Numbered from the stretch's first letter, positions 37,199 through 45,917 are shown. The stretch is DNA of 64,000 nt from an uncultured Candidatus Saccharibacteria bacterium (GCA_964632215.1 CAZWBG010000001.1:559863-623862); one strand, 5' to 3'. Made by a program: numbers and translations. The notes: generated from the letters alone by a model not told the origin.

Positions 37199-37915
37199 CT
37201 ACCAGACCCCGTAGTATGACCCGACCCAAGCTATAAGCTCGCCATACTTGGCGTTGACTATGAGATTCCCACTGTAGACACCCCAAAAGGCGATCCGACC
37301 ATCTAGATACACGTCGTTACTGAGAGACATACCAATTGTCACGTCGTATAATGCGCTGCCCACAGAGTTGCCGGAGGCATACGTGCTTCCATCTATCTGA
37401 AGTTCTCCACTAGCTGTACCGAGTTTTGCGGTTAAAATATGTAGCGACGTATCATTAGTATAATTAGAGAGCATCGGGGCGGATGGATTTGAAGAAGCAA
37501 AAAATTTATTATCGACCATACCAACCCCATTATAAGTTGAGGTACCGAAACCCATCAGGGCCTGTGTGGATGACACACTAGTCATACTACCAATAATCAC
37601 AAGAGTATAGTTCGCCGCTATATTAACTGGCGCTGAAAGTGTCATAGACTGATAGGAACTACTCGAAAACTCAACCATAGCCCTGTTGTTATAGCTCGTC
37701 ACACTACCCCTAAATATTGGGCTATCCGTGTAGGTGTACATATCGCCACCACCAGATGCGTTACGCCAACTGTCTACGGGGTTACCATTACCAGGATTTG
37801 TCCAAAGTGGATCATTAGCCCATCCGGCTGCTGCCCACGTTACCGCTGTAAGTGGATTAAAAGGGAGTGTTGCGCTTTTTGACGATGCATACACACCGTA
37901 GCTTATACCTCTCAT
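37199..37915 (-). CDS. LamG/concanavalin-A-like lectin-fold protein with no signal peptide
   Basis: The ATG at 37915 overlaps the fibre gene stop (ATGA). The pattern ...YTLVIIGSMTS...LMGFG...HILTAKLG..ELQIDG...LDGRIAFWGVYSGNL is typical of LamG-like jelly rolls. Confidence 0.5.
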   Translation of the reverse strand: MRGISYGVYASSKSATLPFNPLTAVTWAAAGWANDPLWTNPGNGNPVDSWRNASGGGDMYTYTDSPIFRGSVTSYNNRAMVEFSSSSYQSMTLSAPVNIAANYTLVIIGSMTSVSSTQALMGFGTSTYNGVGMVDNKFFASSNPSAPMLSNYTNDTSLHILTAKLGTASGELQIDGSTYASGNSVGSALYDVTIGMSLSNDVYLDGRIAFWGVYSGNLIVNAKYGELIAWVGSYYGVW

Positions 37916-40900
37916 ATCAATGCCCCAACCAGCACCCATTCATCAGTTCCCCGCTTATAGAGTGTTGCTCCTGCATACTGACCCGCAAGTTTCAACAAGC
38001 CACTGAGGCTTCGGATAGTCACACCGGCGGTTGCCGCTACAGTTGTAGCGCCAGCGCCCAACTGAGTAATATCAATGGTGGTACCGATCGGGAAGGCTAC
38101 CGAACTATTGAGTGGTATGGTGATTGTATTGGCGGCTACGTTATTCCGCTCAACCACCTTAGAGGCATCTGCAAGAACGAGCGTATATGTTGTACCAGTC
38201 TGGGTATTGATATTGGTAGGGCTTGTAATACCCCCACTGACGCTAAGTGTGCCATTAATTGTAGTATTACCATTTTTGAGTACGGTTAATGCATTAGCTG
38301 GACTACCAGAACTTGCTCCGTTTCCAAGCACAAATAACGGGTCAGTAGCCACCCAACTACCAGTAGTACCTGCAATGACATTATATCGACCGATCACTAG
38401 CGAAGCGTAGGCTTGAGCGGTTGTAGTGGAGCCCATAGCGGTACTGCTGCTACCTGAAGCGACTGTGGTGATACCCATAGCGGTACTAGCCCAGCCGGAG
38501 GCGGTTGTACTGGCACCCATAGCGGTACTGCTGCTACCTGAAGCGTTCGTGTCGGAACCCATAGCAGTGCTGGAGTCGGCGGAGGCGGTTGTGCCAGAAC
38601 CCATAGCGATATTGGCCCAGCCTGAAGCTGTTGTGCCAGAACCCATAGCGATACTGTCGTTACCAGATGCGGTTGTACTGGCACCTACGGCGGTACTGTT
38701 GTAGCCTACATTGACGTCATCCCACTCAGAGCCATAAACAGTCCCTACACGGAAAGCAGCTTTGTTAGTATCAAAGAACATTCTCGTGCCTGAGCCAGTG
38801 ACGGTAATGCCATTGCCGCCATCAAAAGTACCCGTGGAGAGAACACTTCCACCCGCTGTGTGGAGTTTGGCCGAAGGATTTGGCTCGCCTATACCGACAT
38901 TGCCATCGCCAAGAACCGTTAGCCGAGCCGTACCGTTCGTTATAACTGAAAGTGTGTTATTGGTTGTGAGTCCAAGTGTGCCATCGCCACTAAAGTTATT
39001 ACCACCGTTAGTGTAGGCAGTACCAGTAGTTAAAAGTGTGCCGTTTGTGGCAGGAAGCGTTAATGTATAGTTGGTAGAACCAGGATTATCGGGTTGCAGC
39101 TTAATACTTCCAGATCCACTGGCACTATAAAATGTTTGATTTCCAGTTAATGCTGACGCCCGGCCGATAAATGGCTGTCCGCTTGTACCAAAACCCGAGA
39201 GTATATTTGCACTTCCGTCCCGAAACTCCAGAGAGTTCGAGCCAGTACCAAGCACTACCCGCTCGTTTATAGTAGTTGACCAGCCGTAGTTTCCAAGTAG
39301 TATGTTGCCGCCCCAGCCACTTTTGGCAACCCCGACAACTCCTATATTCGAACCTGAGCCCGGATTTATAGTAACATCTCCACCAGTTGTACCATTACCA
39401 CCAGCTAGAGTAACTAGGCCGCCATAGGCGCTTGAAGCACTCTGCCCACCTTGTATAATAGTACTTCCCCCGGAGGCGTCGTCGCTGTATCCAGCTGTTA
39501 TAGTAATATCCGCGCCAGCGACGCCACTACTGCTAGACCCGCTCATTATGGAGACCGACCCACCAGAGCCACTACTACTGCTTCCAGCATATATGTCAAT
39601 ATAGCCACCATCACCATCACTACTATTATATCCACCCTCTATAGAGACATCACCTGCATCATTACTACCAGCGCTATCTCCGCCTCTTACGGTAGCACTT
39701 CCGCCATAGCCACTAGTACTCGATCCACCGCGTACGCGAGCGTCTCCACCGTCATTGTCACCACTCTCACCACCATATAGTCGTGCAGCCCCCCCAGTTC
39801 CACTGACACTTATTCCACCCTGTATCTCGACACCTCCTCCATCACCCGTAGTGGCGGATCCACCAGCCACGGTGACACCTCCTCCATCGCTATCAGCACT
39901 TGTTCCACCCGTCATAGTGGCTTCTCCACCAATACCACTAGTGCTATCTCCACCTTTTATATAAGTGCCAGCTCCGACGTGCCCTGTAGTACTATCAGTA
40001 TCACCAGCGCTTATATAGATATCGCCCGCTTGCGTATCCTGGCTATATCCACCATCTAGTCGGACTGAACCTCCCTGGCCACTACCAAAGCTAGATCCAC
40101 CTTTCACACGAGCATCTCCACTGGAACCATCTGTGCTCTGCCCTCCCTCCAGGTTAGCGGATCCAGCATTGCCACTATTACTACCTCCACCCGTTACCCA
40201 GACCATACCCCCGTTACCACTCGTACTTGTTCCAGCATAAATGTCAAGGTTCCCGCCCGAGCCCGTACCAGTATTCTCCCCGGCAAACACATCAAGATCG
40301 TAGCCAGACGTACTAGGGCTTGCGCCTATCAGACCATCAGCTTTATCGAACATGATATCGCCCGCTGCAGTAATGCGTCCTAACACCGTACTTGAACTCT
40401 GCCACTGCTGAAGATCAGCTGACTGGCTGGCGATACCCTTTAAGATGAGGGTGATATAATTAACACCTTGTGAAGTCATGAGTAGATGAGGGCTCGCGCC
40501 TGCTTGATACGTAAAACCAGCTGCGCCAGCCAATACACCAGCATTATTGTATTGCACCTGTCCTGTGGTACCACCCGGGGTAGCGACGTTTGCCGACCAA
40601 GCTGGTAGTCCACTACCGACCTTCAGGACGTCGCCAGTTGAGCCAACTGGTAAACGGGTAAGTGCGCCAGAAGAGTTTCGGTAATACATGTCACCCGTTG
40701 CACCACTACTGTCATCGTACATAGCAACCGTCCGACGAGCGGCACCAGTAGTGATAGTGAAGTACAACGTATCGGAGTTGAATTCCATGGCGCCCGCTTC
40801 GGCGGATGTCAGTAGCGTTCCAGAAGTAAACTTTAACGGTGCAGTACCAGCAGTGGCGGTACCAGGACGAATAGTAATTTTCTGGTGTCCGCCATTGACG

Positions 40901-41010
40901 GTGCTGTCGGCACCAGTGTTGTAATGCTCCTTCTCAATAAACTGATTGAGAATCTCACCCCATTCACCATCGTCACTATCTACGATTGGTAGTCTTTGCG
41001 GTACTGCCAT
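37912..41010 (-). CDS. 1032-aa fibre-like protein: tail-fibre-like N-terminus, Gly-rich 15-residue solenoid repeats, YadA-head (Hep_Hag)-like 14-residue repeats and a tail-fibre-tip-like C-terminus; no signal peptide
   Basis: Long ORF starting 2 nt after the stop of the upstream gene. Motifs include TGQVQYNNAGVLAGAAGFTY, GNVGIGEPNPSAKLHTAGG, repeated S.AMGS.TTASG and DPLFVLGNGASSGSPANALTVLKNGNTTINGTL. The N-terminus MAVPQRLPIVDSDDGEWGE is hydrophilic. Confidence 0.8.
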   Translation of the reverse strand: MAVPQRLPIVDSDDGEWGEILNQFIEKEHYNTGADSTVNGGHQKITIRPGTATAGTAPLKFTSGTLLTSAEAGAMEFNSDTLYFTITTGAARRTVAMYDDSSGATGDMYYRNSSGALTRLPVGSTGDVLKVGSGLPAWSANVATPGGTTGQVQYNNAGVLAGAAGFTYQAGASPHLLMTSQGVNYITLILKGIASQSADLQQWQSSSTVLGRITAAGDIMFDKADGLIGASPSTSGYDLDVFAGENTGTGSGGNLDIYAGTSTSGNGGMVWVTGGGSNSGNAGSANLEGGQSTDGSSGDARVKGGSSFGSGQGGSVRLDGGYSQDTQAGDIYISAGDTDSTTGHVGAGTYIKGGDSTSGIGGEATMTGGTSADSDGGGVTVAGGSATTGDGGGVEIQGGISVSGTGGAARLYGGESGDNDGGDARVRGGSSTSGYGGSATVRGGDSAGSNDAGDVSIEGGYNSSDGDGGYIDIYAGSSSSGSGGSVSIMSGSSSSGVAGADITITAGYSDDASGGSTIIQGGQSASSAYGGLVTLAGGNGTTGGDVTINPGSGSNIGVVGVAKSGWGGNILLGNYGWSTTINERVVLGTGSNSLEFRDGSANILSGFGTSGQPFIGRASALTGNQTFYSASGSGSIKLQPDNPGSTNYTLTLPATNGTLLTTGTAYTNGGNNFSGDGTLGLTTNNTLSVITNGTARLTVLGDGNVGIGEPNPSAKLHTAGGSVLSTGTFDGGNGITVTGSGTRMFFDTNKAAFRVGTVYGSEWDDVNVGYNSTAVGASTTASGNDSIAMGSGTTASGWANIAMGSGTTASADSSTAMGSDTNASGSSSTAMGASTTASGWASTAMGITTVASGSSSTAMGSTTTAQAYASLVIGRYNVIAGTTGSWVATDPLFVLGNGASSGSPANALTVLKNGNTTINGTLSVSGGITSPTNINTQTGTTYTLVLADASKVVERNNVAANTITIPLNSSVAFPIGTTIDITQLGAGATTVAATAGVTIRSLSGLLKLAGQYAGATLYKRGTDEWVLVGALI
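38380..38703 (-). repeat. About 8 tandem 42-nt (14-aa) repeats encoding (S/N)TAMG(S/A)xTTASGxx
   Basis: Read directly from the sequence: AVGASTTASGND SIAMGSGTTASGWA NIAMGSGTTASADS STAMGSDTNASGSS STAMGASTTASGWA STAMGITTVASGSS STAMGSTTTAQAYA. Confidence 0.85.
39355..40299 (-). repeat. About 20 tandem 15-16-residue Gly/Ser/Asp-rich units (x-S-x-S-G-x-G-G-x-a-x-a-x-G-G)
   Basis: Examples are SSFGSGQGGSVRLDGG, DSTSGIGGEATMTGG, TSADSDGGGVTVAGG, SATTGDGGGVEIQGG, ISVSGTGGAARLYGG, ESGDNDGGDARVRGG and SSTSGYGGSATVRGG. Confidence 0.85.
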
Positions 41011-41012
41011 TA

Positions 41013-41222
41013 CTAGCTACCGTATCTTCCGCCACCAAACTTTGACTTAGTTTTAGTGGACTCAGTTAATTTACGTGTTTCGGGATGAGATTGAAGCAAG
41101 AGCGAGATCATCTGGTTGATGCCAATGATTCCCAAAATTGCCACACCTAAGTGCCGCAAGAATTGCTTGCGGTCCATTGGTGTATCAAGTAACTTCTGTA
41201 GGTATTTATTGTCTAGTTTCAT
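41013..41222 (-). CDS. 69-aa protein with a twin-arginine-like (RK) signal or anchor
   Basis: MDRKQFLRHLGVAILGIIGINQMISLLL resembles a Tat signal (S/T-R-R-x-F-L-K followed by an h-region). The tail ends KSKFGGGRYGS. Its stop lies 2 nt before the fibre gene start, and an alternative start is at M16 (41177). Confidence 0.5.
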   Translation of the reverse strand: MKLDNKYLQKLLDTPMDRKQFLRHLGVAILGIIGINQMISLLLQSHPETRKLTESTKTKSKFGGGRYGS

Positions 41223-41308
41223 GTAACCCGTCCATCACACTTATGCTACTAGCTATAATACCACTGCTAGCGCCCTAGTACCAAGGATAGGAGGGTACGA
41301 TTTGGTGT

Positions 41309-41548
41309 TTACTTTTTTTGTTCTACGCTACGCTCTTGCATCAGAGCATCTAGGTCGCTAGAACCGCGGACAACTGTGTCGCGAAGCTGTGTCACCGCTT
41401 GCTCTACACGTGCACTCACAATAACCTCACGAATATAGTTTTGAATCAATGCTTCAGCATTTTTGTAGCCAACATCCTGAGCGATACGCTCAAACTCTTT
41501 AGCAATTTTTGAATCTACTTTTACGGTAATGGATGTGTTTGTGCTCAT
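41309..41548 (-). CDS. Ribbon-helix-helix (CopG/Arc-like) DNA-binding protein
   Basis: 79 aa. TSITVKVDSKIAKEFERIAQDVGYKNAEALIQNYIREVI fits a strand-helix-helix pattern. The start overlaps the tatC stop by 1 nt (TAATG). Confidence 0.55.
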   Translation of the reverse strand: MSTNTSITVKVDSKIAKEFERIAQDVGYKNAEALIQNYIREVIVSARVEQAVTQLRDTVVRGSSDLDALMQERSVEQKK

Positions 41549-42498
41549 TAGCTCATATTATGCATGGGCTTACTAATAATGTCCATAGTTATCAGCTGAG
41601 GCTTTCGTACTGTCTGTTTTTTAACTATAACTGGTGAGTTCGCCACACGAACCGGTGCCTGGGTTATCTTGTTATACGCGATGTCTGCCGTGAGTACCTG
41701 AGTAGGCCGAGGTAGCTGGATGGATTGATGAGTAGGTAGCGCAGCAACTTGAGGGATGGCAAATATCCCTGTAGAAACTGGTCTCTTGGCTCGCTTTCGG
41801 TTAATTGTCCAGACAGCAACTACACCGATCTCAAACAAGGCAATAATAGGCCCTGCAAGTAAAAGTTGATTAACCGGATCAACAGTCGGCGTAATAATAC
41901 CAGCCGCCACGATTGCGCCAATAATAATCGGCCGCTGCAACTTCGTCAGACCACCAGGAGGAAACCTCCGAACCTTATTGGCAAAAAGTAGAATAAGCGG
42001 AACCTGAAAAGCTACAACTGCACCGGCACAATACGCCAAGATGAAGCGTATGTAGTCATTCACATTAATGAGCGCTTGAATCGAATCGCTATTAAAGCTA
42101 ACTAAGAACTGTAGAGCCGCTGGTAGGCTTACAAAGTAGACGTAGACTACCGCCACTATCGCAAGTATTAATGAACAGAGTATAAAAGTAATAATACCCC
42201 GTGTTCTTACGGGCTTGAAGGCGGGTCGTGCAAACTGCATGAGCTGAAACAATATCAACGGCAAGCTTATCACCAGGCCAACGCCAACCGCAATTTGCAT
42301 TACAAAAGCTAAGCCGCCAGCGGGGTTTGAGTAGTAGAGTGTCTGTCCAAGTGGTTGCTGTAAAACTGCTTCAATCTGTTTATGGAAGATGAATCCAACA
42401 ATTGCGCCAATAGAAAAGTTTATAAATATCAGAAGAGAACGCCATTTAAGTTCGTTTAGATGATCTTTAAATGTTAGCTTTTTGCTGTTTTTTTCCAT
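41548..42498 (-). CDS. tatC: Twin-arginine translocase subunit TatC (with a ~80-aa C-terminal extension)
   Basis: LTFKDHLNELKWRSLLIFINF, six TM segments and TPTVDPVNQLLLAGPI (like the TatC motif SP.D...Q...A.P). Confidence 0.85.
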   Translation of the reverse strand: MEKNSKKLTFKDHLNELKWRSLLIFINFSIGAIVGFIFHKQIEAVLQQPLGQTLYYSNPAGGLAFVMQIAVGVGLVISLPLILFQLMQFARPAFKPVRTRGIITFILCSLILAIVAVVYVYFVSLPAALQFLVSFNSDSIQALINVNDYIRFILAYCAGAVVAFQVPLILLFANKVRRFPPGGLTKLQRPIIIGAIVAAGIITPTVDPVNQLLLAGPIIALFEIGVVAVWTINRKRAKRPVSTGIFAIPQVAALPTHQSIQLPRPTQVLTADIAYNKITQAPVRVANSPVIVKKQTVRKPQLITMDIISKPMHNMS

Positions 42499-42551
42499 GC
42501 CCAGCCCTTTGTCTACTCGTAAATATTTATATGTATTTTAAAGATTTACTA

Positions 42552-42737
42552 CTATTTACTTTTTTTAGCGACTTTTTCAGTCTTTTTGTCATCTTCGCCG
42601 ATGCCTTTTTTAACTTCTTTACCAAACTGTCCGATACTACGGCCGAGCTCTGGTAGGCGTGTTGCTCCAAAGAGAAGTAGTAACACCACTACAATCAGTA
42701 ACATTTCAGGTACACCGAGTCCAAATATCTCCATCAA
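42552..42737 (-). CDS. tatA: Twin-arginine translocase subunit TatA/E
   Basis: FGLGVPEMLLIVVVLLLLFGATRLPELGRSIGQFGKEVKKG is a canonical TatA sequence. GGAGG RBS upstream. Confidence 0.9.
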   Translation of the reverse strand: MMEIFGLGVPEMLLIVVVLLLLFGATRLPELGRSIGQFGKEVKKGIGEDDKKTEKVAKKSK

Positions 42738-42763
42738 TTCCTCCGTTTTTACGTGTTGTTGGT

Positions 42764-42792
42764 ACTATAGCATATGCAGTATACCTCTGCAA
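42764..42792 (-). promoter_or_regulatory. Candidate sigma-70-type promoter for the tatA operon
   Basis: On the minus strand, TTGCAG-17 nt-TATAGT lies about 25 nt upstream of the tatA RBS. Confidence 0.35.
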
Positions 42793-42962
42793 ATTTATGT
42801 TATTTTTCTGAACTTTCTTTACAAGTAACCTTTTTTTCTGAGGTAATAAATACAATGAACTGATTTGCTAGCCCACTCTCATATTGTTGCACCTCACACC
42901 TTTTTTGTAACTTATAAATGAGCCGTGCTGCAACCTGTTGACTGCGCGAAGAGAAGAGACGT

Positions 42963-44237
42963 TTAGACTGATTTTGCTGGGGCAACGGGTGAGGCTTGGT
43001 CACAATTTGGAGTAGTGGGTTTGTTCGCAAATCTATCTACCAACCAACTAATAGCATTTGGGGAGCTTGCGCCAGCTAGCTCTACATGATTCACCTCGGC
43101 CAACCATAAGGCAGTTAGATCAGAACCTGCGTTACAAGCCTTTTGTATATAAAGTGCTGTGGTATCTGGTAAGACCACGCTGTCTGCAGTACTCTCTATA
43201 ACCATCAAGGGTTCGGAAGGTGGCAAAATTGGTGCAGTTTGTTTTTGCAGCTCCTCACTCCAAGCTGGTACATCTAGAGGATTCTTTGAGAAGAACTGCT
43301 GCTTCAGCTTCGTGCGGATCATGCCGTCTATTGCACCGGCTTCGATACATTTATGGGCAATCTGCTGGTAATTATTCTGACCTTTTTGTGTCACGACATC
43401 ACTTACCCGTACGGTAGGTGTTGCATTTGGCCAGGAAATGGCCACCTCAGGACCGATTATCCAACCAACTGAAGTGTTGTACTGCTCGCTTAGTAATTCA
43501 CTTAGTTCTGCAGCCGGTGCAGCAGCAACGGTACCTACAAGCATATTTTCTGGCATATAAGCTTTTGTGTTAGCCGCGGAAAACAACGCTGCATGCCCAC
43601 CTTGTGAATGGCCCCATATAGCGAACTTGTCACTGGCATGCACCTCAGGTAGGCTACGGGCTGCTCGTACGCTATTGAGTACATCATTCGACTCGCTCTC
43701 ACCCACTAGGTACTCGCTTACGCCAGGTGTACCAAGACCAGCATAATCTGTAGCCGTCACTACCCACCCCTGCTTTAACATATCTGAGGTCCAGTCAACT
43801 GCGCTCGTGGGGTCTGTAGTACGAGTAGGCGCACACTGGTCGCCCATACCAATGGTCCCGTGAGCCCAGGCCACTACAGGGTAACCACTAGTCGGAAGTG
43901 GCGAATTCGGTGTGAAGATCATACCCGAGCTAAAAGTAGGTTCGCCATTTGATTTTTGCGTACGATACAAAACACGCATACCGCTACCACCATCGATATC
44001 TATCCCCAGCGGTTCTTTTCGAACAACCTCTCCGAGAGGACCCTCAAGCGAGAGCCCGGTAGTGTCGTAAAAGGGTTGTAATTTAGACTGACGCCATTCT
44101 GTCTTCATCTTTACCGCTACCACCATCGCTACCGTAGTTACCAGCAGCAGCACAATGACAACAACAAAAAGTTTAAAGTATGGATGACGTTTCCAAAACG
44201 ATAACTTTGTTGGTTTTTTAGTCTGTTTTTTTACCAT
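42963..44237 (-). CDS. Membrane-anchored alpha/beta hydrolase, secretory-lipase-like
   Basis: N-terminal TM segment and nucleophile elbow FAIWGHSQGGHAAL. The size and layout resemble actinobacterial LIP-type lipases. Confidence 0.6.
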   Translation of the reverse strand: MVKKQTKKPTKLSFWKRHPYFKLFVVVIVLLLVTTVAMVVAVKMKTEWRQSKLQPFYDTTGLSLEGPLGEVVRKEPLGIDIDGGSGMRVLYRTQKSNGEPTFSSGMIFTPNSPLPTSGYPVVAWAHGTIGMGDQCAPTRTTDPTSAVDWTSDMLKQGWVVTATDYAGLGTPGVSEYLVGESESNDVLNSVRAARSLPEVHASDKFAIWGHSQGGHAALFSAANTKAYMPENMLVGTVAAAPAAELSELLSEQYNTSVGWIIGPEVAISWPNATPTVRVSDVVTQKGQNNYQQIAHKCIEAGAIDGMIRTKLKQQFFSKNPLDVPAWSEELQKQTAPILPPSEPLMVIESTADSVVLPDTTALYIQKACNAGSDLTALWLAEVNHVELAGASSPNAISWLVDRFANKPTTPNCDQASPVAPAKSV

Positions 44238-44249
44238 AAGTTTATTGTA

Positions 44250-44269
44250 TCATTTACAATTGTAAATGA
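44250..44269. promoter_or_regulatory. Perfect 20-bp palindrome, a candidate operator upstream of the lipase-like gene
   Basis: TCATTTACAATTGTAAATGA starts 13 bp upstream of the 44237 start codon. Confidence 0.35.
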
Positions 44270-44389
44270 CTCCAGTCTAGTCGGGTCTATTTACTATCTT
44301 TCCAGGTACGAGCAACGAGTTGTAGCGCGGCCATAGAATTACAGCAACACCTACTACTGCGAGAGATACAGTAGGCAACACTCCTAGAT

Positions 44390-44911
44390 CTAGTCTGTAA
44401 AACTACTGTTTTCAAGTATAAGCAGCTGTCGCTTGCGGTCTACTCCAGCAACGTAGCCGCCCAAGTCACCCGTACCTGTCAGAACTCTATGGCACGGCAC
44501 AATCAGGCAGATCGGATTACGGCCAACCGCTGTACCGACCGCTCGGACGGCTTTTGGTTTACCAATCTTGCGCGCAATATCACCATAGCTCAGGGTAGAT
44601 CCAGTGGGAATATCCGCAACCACCTCCCAAACAGATTTCTGAAAATCTGTACCCACAGCGGCCACTGGTGTATCAAAGCGATTTCTTTTACCGGAAAAAT
44701 ACTCACTTACTTCACGGCGGGCTTGTACGAGCAGTAGTTGAGTAGAGTCTTTCTGCCACTCTTTTGGCACATGCGTAAAATATCTATCACCTTCTATGTG
44801 TAGCGCAGTAATTACATCACCATCTGTAGCTACAGTTAACCCTCCAATTGGCGACTCAAAAATATCGTACATTATCGGCTTATTATGGATATTTCTGGTA
44901 AGTGAACTCAT
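44390..44911 (-). CDS. ogt: Methylated-DNA--protein-cysteine methyltransferase
   Basis: Active site LIVPCHRVL and the typical N-terminus (M)YDIFESPIGGLTVA. The start is uncertain among 44995, 44911 and 44872. Confidence 0.8.
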   Translation of the reverse strand: MSSLTRNIHNKPIMYDIFESPIGGLTVATDGDVITALHIEGDRYFTHVPKEWQKDSTQLLLVQARREVSEYFSGKRNRFDTPVAAVGTDFQKSVWEVVADIPTGSTLSYGDIARKIGKPKAVRAVGTAVGRNPICLIVPCHRVLTGTGDLGGYVAGVDRKRQLLILENSSFTD

Positions 44912-45158
44912 TGTTTTAATTGTAACAAAATTAAGATGAATAGACCGATTTATAGGGGCTGTAGTTCCTTGTGCAGTTGTGGCAGTGAGAAACATCTGAG
45001 ATGTTTGCTATGGAGGGTTTCTTATTATTGAATCATCGTTTTTTGTTTAATACTATTGCTAAACTTTAAAAGATCTTCTATAATATCGTAGTTGTACCCA
45101 TCGTGGGTATCGTGCTACGGGAAACTGTAGCAATTTCACATACTAGGAGAAAATCCTG

Positions 45159-45827
45159 ATGAGACGCAATCTCTTCAAGAAGAACCGCAGCAAGGTCGTA
45201 GGATCGCTGTTGGTGCTCGCTGCACTGTTCGGCGTATTGGCTGTAGGCACCACCGGTGCCTACTTCAGCGACACACATGACGGCAACATCACTGGCGAAC
45301 TCGGTTCGATCCGAATCACCCCGAGTGGGGGCTCGGGCATCGACTCGACGAACTTCAACTTCACCAACATGATGCCAGGGGAACCGCAGACAGCAACCCT
45401 CAACTACGAGAACACTGGGAGCAATCCGCAAGACGTTTGGGTAACATTCCCGAATGCCACGGCACTTTCAAGCCTGAACAACTTGGGGACCTACGGCGAG
45501 GTGCACATCCTCGGCAACGGTACCCCTCTGTTCGATTCCGCCAACCTCAACGATCGGTCCAGCACCTGTGGACCCTTCTCACCATCCGGATGCTGGCCAA
45601 TTCCCAACAAGATCCTGGTGGCGACCAACGTCGCCCCGGGAGGAACTGGTACGTTCCAGTTCACGTTCAACTACGCTTCCAAGCTGGCAATACAGCCGCC
45701 TGTCGGTGTAACTGGTTACTTCAACGAGTTCCCAGTTGTAGGCCAGCAGGTCATCAACGTGGCTGACGGAGTTGGCAACGGTCTCCCATACCGGCTGGTG
45801 GCCACTCAGGTGGGTCACCAGCCGTAA
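45159..45827 (+). CDS. TasA/camelysin-family (peptidase M73-like) secreted protein with a SipW-type signal peptide
   Basis: AGGAG RBS. The signal ends LAVGTTGAYFSD (the A-Y/F-F-S/N-D hallmark), followed by FTNMMPGEPQTATLNYENTGSNPQDVWV. The gene is visibly GC-richer than its flanks. Confidence 0.75.
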   Translation: MRRNLFKKNRSKVVGSLLVLAALFGVLAVGTTGAYFSDTHDGNITGELGSIRITPSGGSGIDSTNFNFTNMMPGEPQTATLNYENTGSNPQDVWVTFPNATALSSLNNLGTYGEVHILGNGTPLFDSANLNDRSSTCGPFSPSGCWPIPNKILVATNVAPGGTGTFQFTFNYASKLAIQPPVGVTGYFNEFPVVGQQVINVADGVGNGLPYRLVATQVGHQP

Positions 45828-45843
45828 GGCTCATGTTGCGGCG

Positions 45844-45888
45844 GGAGGCACCATCTCTGCACCTCATAAGGGTGTACATGGTGCCTCC
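45844..45888 (+). terminator. Strong hairpin between the TasA-like gene and sipW (terminator or attenuator)
   Basis: GGAGGCACCAT-23 nt-ATGGTGCCTCC is a perfect 11-bp stem, but no clear T-run follows. Confidence 0.4.
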
Positions 45889-45917
45889 GAGTCGTACGAC
45901 AAGATGAAGGGGCAAGT

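Noticed and set aside
38075-39964. Cluster of ORFs on both strands (for example 38397..38684, 38426..38704, 39451..39780 and 39755..39964) with Pro/Val/Ala-rich repetitive translations
   Set aside because: They are alternative-frame or antisense readings of the Gly/Ser/Thr-rich tandem repeats of the 1032-aa fibre gene, and repeat DNA keeps several frames open. Only the fibre frame is continuous over 3.1 kb and coupled to its neighbours.
37199-41222. Interpretation of the miniprotein, fibre and LamG genes as a prophage tail/lysis remnant
   Set aside because: No capsid, terminase, portal, tape-measure, baseplate, lysin or integrase genes are present on either side. The flanks are tatAC and a WxL-type surface locus. 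The idea is kept only as an evolutionary origin for the fibre, not as a prophage call.
45078-45818. ORFs 45078..45431 (-), 45437..45766 (+) and 45579..45818 (-)
   Set aside because: They are shadow ORFs created by the high GC content of the TasA-like gene. The TasA frame has an RBS, a SipW-type signal peptide and family motifs.
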